A DNA stretch of 64,000 nucleotides from Minisyncoccota bacterium (GTDB taxonomy: Bacteria > Patescibacteriota > Minisyncoccia > Phycocordibacterales > CSBR16-193). The position numbers and the translations under genes were made by a program. The stretch is from positions 395,095-459,094 of the forward strand of contig JBBDRA010000003.1 in assembly GCA_040905715.1 (NCBI GenBank). The letters run 5' to 3'. Of this stretch, positions 56,042-64,000 are shown one piece after another; within the stretch, counting starts at the first letter, position 1; each line of letters begins with the position of its first letter. The notes beneath the pieces were generated by a model. The model was not told the DNA's origin and made no database searches. It saw nothing but the letters and a program-made list of their open reading frames with translations.

Positions 56042-57961
56042 ATGTATATCATTGACGTTATCCCCATAGCAAAAGGAATGGGCAAAGATCATTTGTCATA
56101 TTTTACCTCACAAGAGGTCCTGCCGGGCAAACTGGTCACCGTACCCGTACGCAAACGCACGCTTTCCGCGCTTGTCGTGAACTGTGAAAGCGCACAGAAG
56201 CGCAAGACCGAATTGAAATCCTCCGGCTTTGCACTCAAGAAGATAGCCAAGCTTCACAAGACATCCTTTTTAGACGAAGGACTGATCACCGCTGCTCGAG
56301 ATACAGCAACATATTTTGCCACAACGCCCGGCCGAGTACTTCAGACGATCATTCCAAGCGCGATCCTAAACGATCTATCTTCGATAAAAAAACCCAAGAA
56401 TTCAACACGGAATACGAAAAAGAACCTTGAGCAGACGAAAACAACGCACGAAAAGTTCCTGCTCCAAACACAGCCAAGTGAACGCCTGGCACACTACAAA
56501 AGCCTGATCCGAGAAGACTTCGCCAAGGATCAGTCTGTTTTTTTCTGTCTCCCGACGATCGAAGATATCAACAAAGCAAAAGCAACCTTAGAGAAAGGTA
56601 TCGATACCTACACTTATGTTTTGCACAGCAACTTAAGTAAAAACAAACTCCAAGAGATCTGGAATGAGATCACGCAACAGAACCATCCGGTACTGATCAT
56701 TGCCACACCGCTTTTCCTATCGATCCCCCGAAATGATCTCGGCACGATCATAGTCGAACGTGAAGCTTCCCAAAGTTATAAGCAACAGTCCGCGCCATTT
56801 CTTGATATGCGCACTTACGCTGAGTTCTTATCACGCGCACGCGGTGTTCGTTTTGTTCTCGGCGATACACTTCTTCGAGTTGAGACACTCAAACGATACC
56901 ATGACCTTGAGTTTACTGAATACATGCCGCTCAAATACCGATCACTGACCTCTGCACAAACATCACTAGTAGATATGCGCGAAAGCGTCGCTAACGAGAA
57001 TGATGAATTCCCGATCATCAGCCCGGAACTCAAGGAACTTCTTTCAAACGCTCTCGAGAAAAGTGAATTAACCTTCTTGTTTGCAAGTCGCCGGGGACTT
57101 GCTCCAATAACTGTCTGCGGAGACTGTGGTGCCCTGGTTCGTTGTAAGTACTGCGAGACTCCTGTTGTGCTTCACGAAATAAGTGAGAATACTGAACACA
57201 ATGTATTTCAATGTCACAAATGTGGCACAACTCGCTCGGCCCATGAAACCTGTAAAAGCTGTGGTAGTTGGCGACTCAACGCTCTCGGTGTCGGCGTCGA
57301 AAGAGTTATTGAATCGATCACAAAGTCATTTCCTGATGTCACCATCTTTCGAATAGACAAAGACAACACACGCACCCATAAACAGGCCCTCAGCGTCATT
57401 GAAAAATTTTACCAAACACCCGGCAGCGTCCTGATCGGCACTGAAATGGGTATCCTCTATCTTTCTGAGGAGATCGAGAATATTGGCGTTGTCTCCCTCG
57501 ACAGCCTGTTTTCGGTACCTGACTTTCGCATTAACGAAAAGATCATCAATATTCTCATTACGCTTCGCCTTCTCGCGCAGAAACAGTTTCTGGTCCAAAG
57601 CCGAAACGCTGAACAACCTATTCTTCAGCACGGTCTTTCCGGAAACCTGATCGACTTTTATCGACAAGAGGTGACGGTCCGCAAACAATTTTCCTATCCA
57701 CCTTTCACTGTTCTTGTTAAGATCACTCGTCGTGGAACCCAAGACAAGGTTGAAGCAGATATGAAGTGGCTTCAAGATACGGTTGGATCTGATCGCATAA
57801 CCATGTATGCCGGATCCCCACCGATCGTAAAAGGAAAATTTGTAATGAACGCTCTTATTAAAGTTCCACGTGAGCAGTGGGTGGACGAACCCCTCCTTAC
57901 GTTACTTAATTCCCTTCCACCTCAATTCATTATTCAGATCGATCCGCAAAATATTCTTTGA
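56042..57961 (+). CDS. priA: PriA-like primosomal protein with degenerate helicase ATPase motifs
   Basis: N-terminal 3'-DNA-binding-like domain; FLLQTQPSERLAHYKSL aligns where PriA has FLLxGVTGSGKTEVY; IIVEREASQSYKQQ aligns where PriA has VIVDEEHDSSYKQ; PriA-type Cys cluster CGDCG...CKYCE...CHKCG...CKSCGS. Confidence 0.65.
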   Translation: MYIIDVIPIAKGMGKDHLSYFTSQEVLPGKLVTVPVRKRTLSALVVNCESAQKRKTELKSSGFALKKIAKLHKTSFLDEGLITAARDTATYFATTPGRVLQTIIPSAILNDLSSIKKPKNSTRNTKKNLEQTKTTHEKFLLQTQPSERLAHYKSLIREDFAKDQSVFFCLPTIEDINKAKATLEKGIDTYTYVLHSNLSKNKLQEIWNEITQQNHPVLIIATPLFLSIPRNDLGTIIVEREASQSYKQQSAPFLDMRTYAEFLSRARGVRFVLGDTLLRVETLKRYHDLEFTEYMPLKYRSLTSAQTSLVDMRESVANENDEFPIISPELKELLSNALEKSELTFLFASRRGLAPITVCGDCGALVRCKYCETPVVLHEISENTEHNVFQCHKCGTTRSAHETCKSCGSWRLNALGVGVERVIESITKSFPDVTIFRIDKDNTRTHKQALSVIEKFYQTPGSVLIGTEMGILYLSEEIENIGVVSLDSLFSVPDFRINEKIINILITLRLLAQKQFLVQSRNAEQPILQHGLSGNLIDFYRQEVTVRKQFSYPPFTVLVKITRRGTQDKVEADMKWLQDTVGSDRITMYAGSPPIVKGKFVMNALIKVPREQWVDEPLLTLLNSLPPQFIIQIDPQNIL

Positions 57962-58045
57962 TCACGTTTGGCACGTAGACAAACCATTTGTAACAATGCT
58001 ATAACATGGTGGACTGTTCTTCACCATCAACCATGGAGATCACTG

Positions 58046-58306
58046 ATGCGACGACTCATCGCTACCGCTCACACTCCTGTGCACATTGTACGCACACGCG
58101 TACTGCACCTGAGAATACTCTATAGACGCGGCCGCGGGAGGTTCAACGGACACGATTTCACCCCTTGTCCCAAGTGCGGAAACGACACGCTCGCGAAAGC
58201 CAACTTTGATCTTAAAAAGAGCGACATCGCTGGTCCCGGCATCTGGCCAGGCGAATACCACGGTCAATGCATACATCCGCACTGTGATCATCGTGAATCT
58301 GTGTGA
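58046..58306 (+). CDS. Hypothetical small Cys/His-rich (zinc-ribbon-like) protein
   Basis: GGAGA RBS 6 nt before the internal Met; CPKCG...CIHPHCDH. The ORF track starts at 57968. Confidence 0.3.
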   Translation: MRRLIATAHTPVHIVRTRVLHLRILYRRGRGRFNGHDFTPCPKCGNDTLAKANFDLKKSDIAGPGIWPGEYHGQCIHPHCDHRESV

Positions 58307-58401
58307 CCTTCCGGTTTGATCTCCATAACAACCTTCTGCCCTCTCCGTAAAACGGTCCAGGGCTTTTTCTTTTCTCACTATTCCGATACAATTCACTGAT
58401 C

Positions 58402-58968
58402 ATGCCTATATCAAAGATCGTTCAGGAAGGGGAAGGCACTATACTGCGCAAACGAGCCAAGGACATTAAAGAATCCGAGATCGGCTCTGAGACTCTTTCG
58501 AATATCATCCAAAAAATGAAAGACGTTCTCGCCCTCCAAGACGACGGGGTGGCAATAGCAGCGCCACAGATCGGCGAATCACTGAGAGTATTCGTGGTAT
58601 CCGGTAAAGTCTATGATCAACTTGAGAGATCTGATCAACCAGAACTCGACAGAATCGATGAGTCCCGCAAAAAAAGAAGCCCCGACAAAACATTTATTAA
58701 TCCCGAGATCATTAAAACCTCAAAGGAAACCCTTCCTCTTGACGAAGGATGCCTGTCGGTTCGTCACTACTACGGGCAAGTACTTCGCCACAGTAAAGTT
58801 ACTGTCAGAGCACTCGATGAAGAGGGCAACGCATTCACAGAAGGGCGTTCCGGTCTTCTCGCGCAGATCTTTCAGCACGAGACCGATCATCTCAACGGTG
58901 TTCTATTTATAGATAAAGCAAAGAAAGTTGATTATCGAGCGCCGAAGGAGAAAAATGAAACAAAATAA
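58402..58968 (+). CDS. def: Peptide deformylase
   Basis: Motif I GVAIAAPQIG, motif II EGCLS, motif III HETDHLNG. Confidence 0.85.
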   Translation: MPISKIVQEGEGTILRKRAKDIKESEIGSETLSNIIQKMKDVLALQDDGVAIAAPQIGESLRVFVVSGKVYDQLERSDQPELDRIDESRKKRSPDKTFINPEIIKTSKETLPLDEGCLSVRHYYGQVLRHSKVTVRALDEEGNAFTEGRSGLLAQIFQHETDHLNGVLFIDKAKKVDYRAPKEKNETK

Positions 58969-59046
58969 ATGGAAGGATCTGAAAATAAAATATTAAAGTG
59001 TAAGATCCTTGTAAAATAATAGATCACCTTTAGATACTTTTCATAC

Positions 59047-59904
59047 ATGAATACAAACATAAAAATGGTTTTTTTCGGCACCGACGATTTTTCAATACTT
59101 GTTCTCGAAGAACTAGCTCGTCGCGATATCCTTCCTGACCTTGTTGTCACCGCGCCGGACACACCACAAGGTCGACAGCTCAAGGTTCTGCCACCCTCGG
59201 TAAAGGTCTGGGCACTCGCTCACAACATACCGTTCCTTCAACCGTACTCACTAAACGAGGCATTCGGCAACGAACTCAAACGTCAGGAATGGGATGTTTT
59301 CCTGGTAGCTTCATACGGCAAAATAATACCCAAGGAGATACTGGATATTCCAACCAATGGATCATTAAATATTCACCCTTCCCTGCTTCCGAAGCTTCGC
59401 GGGGCTTCACCGATCCAGAGTGCTATTCTTACTGAAGAAGAAACCGGAGTAACACTCATGCTTATGGACGAAAAAATGGATCACGGCCCCATAATTGCTC
59501 AGAAAAAAGTTTCTATCGACAGCTGGCCACCTAAGGCAAATATCCTAGAAGCCATTCTTGCGCGTGAAGGAGGTGCGCTATTTGCTGATAATCTTCATCC
59601 GTGGATCAAAGGAGAGAAAAAGTCAGAAGAACAAGACCACTCACAAGCCACGTTCACTAAAAAAATAACAAAAGACCAAGCCGAGCTTGATCTATCAGAC
59701 GATCCTGAGAAAAACTTTCGCAAGATCCAGGCGTTTCATGAATGGCCACGTGCGTACTTTTTTACGACCAAAGACAACAAGCAGTTTCGGGTGATCGTTA
59801 CCGATGCAAAACTTCAGAACGACCAACTGGTCATTAAACGAGTTATCCCTGAGGGCAAGAAAGAAATGGATTTTGAATCGTTCGAACGAGGATATCGAGA
59901 ATAA
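59047..59904 (+). CDS. fmt: Methionyl-tRNA formyltransferase
   Basis: MVFFGTDDFS; formyl-transferase core NIHPSLLPKLRGASPI; C-terminal tRNA-binding domain. Confidence 0.85.
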   Translation: MNTNIKMVFFGTDDFSILVLEELARRDILPDLVVTAPDTPQGRQLKVLPPSVKVWALAHNIPFLQPYSLNEAFGNELKRQEWDVFLVASYGKIIPKEILDIPTNGSLNIHPSLLPKLRGASPIQSAILTEEETGVTLMLMDEKMDHGPIIAQKKVSIDSWPPKANILEAILAREGGALFADNLHPWIKGEKKSEEQDHSQATFTKKITKDQAELDLSDDPEKNFRKIQAFHEWPRAYFFTTKDNKQFRVIVTDAKLQNDQLVIKRVIPEGKKEMDFESFERGYRE

Positions 59905-60149
59905 AAGATTCTCTACCGGATATCTTGTGAGTCATTCGGCTCGTTATCGCCCTCACTCATATCCTGCAGAAGATCACTTCCTACTCCGCCCGGATTTAAC
60001 ATACGAGAATGACTATGCGCCTGCTCAGCATCCTGATACAAGGCGGTCATGATAATTGTTATTGCAACCGCCCAAACGAGTACTGCCACAAAAAGATATG
60101 GGTGGATAGGCTTATGTTTACTCGTGCGTATATACATACATTATTATGT

Positions 60150-60524
60150 CTATTTACGACCCCAGCCGCGAAGCATCTCTTTTAATTTCTTTCCACCTTT
60201 CCGTAGCAGAGTTGTTTGTTTTTTCTGGTGAGACTTCAACTGCCTCTCAAGATCATCGCGCGCCTCATCAATAGCGGCATATAGGTCTATTTCTTCAGCC
60301 TCGGCATACAGGTCTTTGCCGGCAATATGTAGATTAAATTCCGCACGATATACCTCACCGGTTTTGTGGTGTTCGGTTGTCCTGCCCAGGTCAACATCGC
60401 ACATCGCACTTTCATCATTCGGGTCAACTAATTTTTCACTAACTCTGCTAAGCTTTTTTTCAAGATAATTGGTTATTGCATCGCTAAGATCAATGTTCGT
60501 TGCCTGCACAATATTGATTTTCAT
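60150..60524 (-). CDS. hpf: Ribosome hibernation-promoting factor (RaiA/HPF family)
   Basis: MKINIVQATNIDLSDAITNYLEKKLSRV...EVYRAEFNLHIAGKDL is the sigma54-modulation-protein fold sequence. Confidence 0.8.
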   Translation of the reverse strand: MKINIVQATNIDLSDAITNYLEKKLSRVSEKLVDPNDESAMCDVDLGRTTEHHKTGEVYRAEFNLHIAGKDLYAEAEEIDLYAAIDEARDDLERQLKSHQKKQTTLLRKGGKKLKEMLRGWGRK

Positions 60525-60714
60525 ACAAGTATATATTTATTGGCCGTAGTTTAATTACGATACCCTTAGTATATCACAGCAGTATTTACACTATTCCCCA
60601 CCTCGTCCGCCACACTCTGAGTTATGTGATAACGGACCACCTGCACTATCCCGCACTATCTTTGATCAATGACAGTGTGCAGAGATAATACTTACCAACA
60701 CAGATAAACAAACG

Positions 60715-61194
60715 TTATACACCTCGTCTTTTAAAATGCGTAGGTAATACGATCTTCTGGAGCACATTCCCGGTCATTGCCACCATAACATCGTCTTTCG
60801 TTACTCCTTCCGAAAGATTTAGTAATGCGTCCAAGCTGTACAAGGTAAAGAGGTATCGATGGCGCTCTCCGACAGGAGGGCACGGACCGTAATATCCGAT
60901 ATTCCCGGACGTACCTACCCCCAATGTACCGTCTGGATCTTGGCCTTCAGGTATATCAGTTGTCTCCGGCAGTATGTCAAACACTATCCAGTGATCGAAT
61001 ACACCGGTTGGGGCATCAGGATCATCCATTGTCAACACAAGAGACCGGGCTTCTTCATCAACACCGCTAATAGTAAGAGGTGGACTAATATTGTCACCGT
61101 CACATGTATATTTAACCGGTAGATCTTTACCTTCCTCAAAAGCAGTACTGGAAAGTGTAAGTCCATTCCTTTCTAGATCGTTCATTTTGCTCAT
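60715..61194 (-). CDS. YbhB/YbcL-family PEBP (Raf-kinase-inhibitor-like) protein
   Basis: DDPDAPTGVFDHW...GYYGPCPPVGERHRYLFTLYSLD is the PEBP signature. Confidence 0.75.
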   Translation of the reverse strand: MSKMNDLERNGLTLSSTAFEEGKDLPVKYTCDGDNISPPLTISGVDEEARSLVLTMDDPDAPTGVFDHWIVFDILPETTDIPEGQDPDGTLGVGTSGNIGYYGPCPPVGERHRYLFTLYSLDALLNLSEGVTKDDVMVAMTGNVLQKIVLPTHFKRRGV

Positions 61195-61300
61195 TTCTCT
61201 TTAGACAGCGCAACAACCGTATTTATGACACACCGGAGATAATAAAACCGCCCAGCTAATGCTGAGACGGTGTCGAAACGCTTCTATCATGTGATGACGC

Positions 61301-61552
61301 TTATTTTTTGATCTTTCTCTTCCTCGGGACTAAACTTTTCTTGGTGAATTTCCCCGTGCGCCGACCGGCCGGTTTCCCATGGATCGGACAATCCGGATTT
61401 TTTGAGCTGATGGGGCCGAATATCACTCCGAGTGAATTGCGATATCGAGAACAAGAACATTTCTTCCCGTAAATTACATCATCACATACAGGACAGGTTG
61501 GATACGTAGTACTGTGCTCGTTACCACATTTTCCGCATCTGATTTCAATCAT
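61301..61552 (-). CDS. Hypothetical Cys-rich small basic protein
   Basis: CGKCG...CPVC...CSCS...CPIHG followed by a Lys/Arg-rich tail; no family assigned. Confidence 0.3.
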   Translation of the reverse strand: MIEIRCGKCGNEHSTTYPTCPVCDDVIYGKKCSCSRYRNSLGVIFGPISSKNPDCPIHGKPAGRRTGKFTKKSLVPRKRKIKK

Positions 61553-61753
61553 CTCTCACTCTCCTTGTTGCATTTTTGAAGCAAAAAATAACTCTCAGCC
61601 TCCCTCTCCCCACGTATAGTACCGTTCTTTACACTTCGTGCAAGCAAGCAAATTAATGTGCAACCAAACCTACAATAGTGTGTAACAACCTGTATTACAT
61701 GCTCTTATATCGCTTCACTGTTGCACAAAAGACATCCTCTCTCACAACAAAAG

Positions 61754-62740
61754 CTAAAGGAACAGCGTACCAATCTGCGCCAGAACAAAAAATAAGTATA
61801 GCACAACGAGCAAGAGTCCTTCCCTTCGAGAGATCGATCTTTTTGACTTCAAGAAAAGCGACGCAAAGAAGAAAGACAAAGCAGTAAAAACAATACCGAC
61901 CATCAAAATGTGCGAGTCATTCAAACGAACGGGAGAAATGAGTGCCACTATTCCAAGCGTCAATGTTGAGTTGATAGCCGCCGCCCCAAAAATATCGCCG
62001 AGCGCCACACCGCCGTGTTTTTTCAATACACTTCGCAAGCCAATAGTAAGTTCAGGCAGACTGGTACATGTACCGACGATCAATACCCCCACGAGTACTT
62101 CAGATATACCAATTGCGAGCGAGAAGTCCTTTGCGTTTACAACTATCGTAAGTGTAGCAACGATCAAAGCAGCAACACCTATCGCAAAAATAAGTAAGTG
62201 TTTAGAGAAATCTTTCCAACTCGTAGCAACCTCATTCACTGAAGCAACTAGGTGAGGACGGAGAACTTTGCGGCCCAAAATAGTATCGTCAATGTCTAGA
62301 AGTCTAAATATAAGCACAACAAAAAGCACTAACAGTATTGAACCGTCAAGCCGCGAAAGCGTACCATCGAGCGCCAGCATAAGTGGGGCAAGCATCACAG
62401 AGAGTTCGATGAGCCGATTTTCCTTAAAGTGTGCGTAATCTTTAAGATTGATTGAACCACCCACAACAGCAACGGCACCAAGTATAAGCGTGAGATTCAC
62501 TATGTTAGTACCGAGAATATCTCCAAATGAAAGCTCTGATACACCCAAAAGAGCGGAATTGATACCCACCGATAACTCAGGAAGCGCGGTCGCGAGTGCG
62601 ATCAAGAAGAAAGAAAGCACGTACTCAGAGACGGAAAGAAAACGCGCCAGCACACTCAGCGACCGAACAACGTACTTCCCTGCCTGGATCAAGGCAAAGA
62701 TCGCTATAAAAATGACAAGAAGAGAATAAAAAATATCCAT
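61754..62740 (-). CDS. CaCA-family Na+/Ca2+ antiporter (YrbG-like)
   Basis: Two alpha-repeat signatures (ALPELSVG and GTCTSLPELTIG); ~10 TM helices. Start at the internal Met MDIFYSLL. Confidence 0.7.
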   Translation of the reverse strand: MDIFYSLLVIFIAIFALIQAGKYVVRSLSVLARFLSVSEYVLSFFLIALATALPELSVGINSALLGVSELSFGDILGTNIVNLTLILGAVAVVGGSINLKDYAHFKENRLIELSVMLAPLMLALDGTLSRLDGSILLVLFVVLIFRLLDIDDTILGRKVLRPHLVASVNEVATSWKDFSKHLLIFAIGVAALIVATLTIVVNAKDFSLAIGISEVLVGVLIVGTCTSLPELTIGLRSVLKKHGGVALGDIFGAAAINSTLTLGIVALISPVRLNDSHILMVGIVFTALSFFFASLFLKSKRSISRREGLLLVVLYLFFVLAQIGTLFL

Positions 62741-62930
62741 AGATTCTAAGTTCTGAATAATGTGAAATCCTAACGATCTCTTCACAATCGGTATCTAACA
62801 TATATCAGTATAACTGAAATAGTATCTTACCGTATGGGGACTGGACATTCTAAATACAGAAATTCTAAAAGCCACCATTACACCGATCAATTTCTGTGGC
62901 AGAAAATCTTCGGTTTGCTAAGATGGTTAC

Positions 62931-63245
62931 ATGTCAAAAAAGAAGATGTCCAGCGGCACAGCACACAAACTACCGAGCGATCTGCGAAGAGCGCTTTCCT
63001 CCTCTTCGAAAGCCCTTGTGACATGGGAGGACATTACACCCCTTGCCCGCAATGAATGGATCTGCTGGACGATATCGGTCAAGACCAAAGAAACAAGAAA
63101 AAAACATATTGAACGAGCAATTGAGGAACTCGCGGAAGGAAAGCGCCGCCCGTGCTGCTGGATGGGTTGCGTCCATCGGAAAGACAAGCCGGCAAGCCCT
63201 TCACAAAAATACCTACTCAATAGACATTCCAAGAAGTCATCGTGA
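62931..63245 (+). CDS. YdeI/OmpD-associated family protein
   Basis: LPSDLRRALSSSSKALVTWEDITPLARNEWICWTISVKTKETRKKHIERAIEEL fits the family pattern. Confidence 0.5.
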   Translation: MSKKKMSSGTAHKLPSDLRRALSSSSKALVTWEDITPLARNEWICWTISVKTKETRKKHIERAIEELAEGKRRPCCWMGCVHRKDKPASPSQKYLLNRHSKKSS

Positions 63246-63260
63246 GGACCATCAAATCTA

Positions 63261-63288
63261 TGAACGCCTCAACGCGTTGAGGCGTTCA
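63261..63288. repeat. 28-bp perfect palindrome TGAACGCCTCAACG|CGTTGAGGCGTTCA just after a stop codon (copy 2 of 2)
   Basis: Shares a 26-nt core with 2537-2566. Confidence 0.7.
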
Positions 63289-63438
63289 GCATAATACATT
63301 ACTGCTATCGCGATGAGGTTAAACCGGTGTTTGCTCCGATTGATAAAGGAAGTTAGAACGTGTTTGGTATAAAAAGAACCCTTCGCTTGTCGCTAAGGGC
63401 TCAGTACGCAATATGGATTTCAGAGAGCTTAAGTGCCC

Positions 63439-63807
63439 TCAGCCAACGTCGGTGTAACTGTACTCTTTGCCTTGTAGGTCAGGGCATAGCTCTTCGAGCT
63501 TTGCACGAATAACTTCAAAGCGTTTTTCGGAGAGTGATTCCCAATCACACACCTCAAACCAAGCAACTTTGTGCAACTCTTGAAGCAGCTTGTGCGCGGC
63601 GTCGCTTTGGTTGCCAATACTCGAATCTCGTTGTTGCACAAGAGCGCGTATTCTTCGATGTAACTCCCCACAAGCGTTATTCGCTGTCTCATGTGCTTGA
63701 GGAGAGTTCGAACCAGAAAGACCTTCTTCATATCTGACTTTATCTACGAGCTTGTTTATTTCCAGGTCAGATGTGTGCTGGGGATAATAAGGTGCTCCAC
63801 CGGGCAT
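63439..63807 (-). CDS. Hypothetical protein
   Basis: 122-aa ORF with good coding periodicity; no recognised motif. Confidence 0.3.
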   Translation of the reverse strand: MPGGAPYYPQHTSDLEINKLVDKVRYEEGLSGSNSPQAHETANNACGELHRRIRALVQQRDSSIGNQSDAAHKLLQELHKVAWFEVCDWESLSEKRFEVIRAKLEELCPDLQGKEYSYTDVG

Positions 63808-64000
63808 GGTGCATCCTTTCAGTTAAGAATTAAAGGAACAGGAGTGTTTGCCAACAATAGTACCACTGAGAATGAAGTTCGACTTCACTATTTCCACCAC
63901 GTCTATCTCTTCCTCTGAAGCCTCTTCGGGTGATTCGATTTCAGGATGCTTCTTTCTTTGGGCTGGAGCTCAGACTATATCATCTGTGACAGTAGAGAAG

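Noticed and set aside
1-64000. CRISPR arrays, rRNA operons, restriction-modification or known defence cassettes
   Set aside because: No array of regularly spaced direct repeats, no rRNA-like conserved blocks, and no methyltransferase or endonuclease motifs were seen anywhere in the window.

Overview
The window reads as a gene-dense (~47% GC) bacterial chromosome segment dominated by housekeeping genes. On the + strand: trpS (3' part), an archaeal-type aspS, scpA/scpB, dacA-like, mraY-ftsW-murG, gltX, an M23 peptidase, a xerD-like recombinase, rpmA, corA, cysS, dnaB, recR, an HTH-fused murA, a priA-like gene, def and fmt. On the - strand: a mraZ-rsmH-ftsL-ftsI-murF block, lysS, greA, a mreB-mreC-mreD-mrdA block, proS, rseP, frr, a second mreB, rplI, rplU, rmuC, trhO and hpf. 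The gene set (archaeal-type AspRS, a short ProRS without the editing domain, TrmB-family regulators, many small unknown membrane proteins) suggests a reduced-genome lineage, possibly CPR/Patescibacteria; this is inference only. Two tRNAs are visible: tRNA-Ala(GGC) at 16560-16632 (-) and tRNA-Glu(CTC) at 35288-35359 (-). The main candidate for an undescribed system is a 1.7-kb cassette at 33614-35290. It is a single large serine recombinase gene bracketed by 131-bp perfect, GC-rich, hairpin-rich inverted repeats, and it sits directly against the 3' end of tRNA-Glu. This cassette lies at the end of an accessory stretch (29.5-35.4 kb) that also holds a GC-rich orphan small-ORF pair, an orphan sigma70 promoter plus intrinsic terminator pair (candidate ~275-nt sRNA), two tandem TrmB-family regulator paralogues and a lipoprotein gene with foreign-looking codon usage. 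Other anomalies: a 66-bp direct repeat duplicating the tRNA-Ala 5' leader and first 11 nt; a 26-30-bp perfect palindrome found twice 60 kb apart just after stop codons; a PriA homologue whose Walker A and B motifs appear replaced; an XRE-HTH::MurA fusion; tandem acidic paralogues of unknown function; and a 530-bp gene-free gap with a minus-strand intrinsic terminator (candidate ncRNA). No CRISPR array or rRNA is present. Gene starts are approximate wherever the ORF track begins upstream of a more plausible internal Met.
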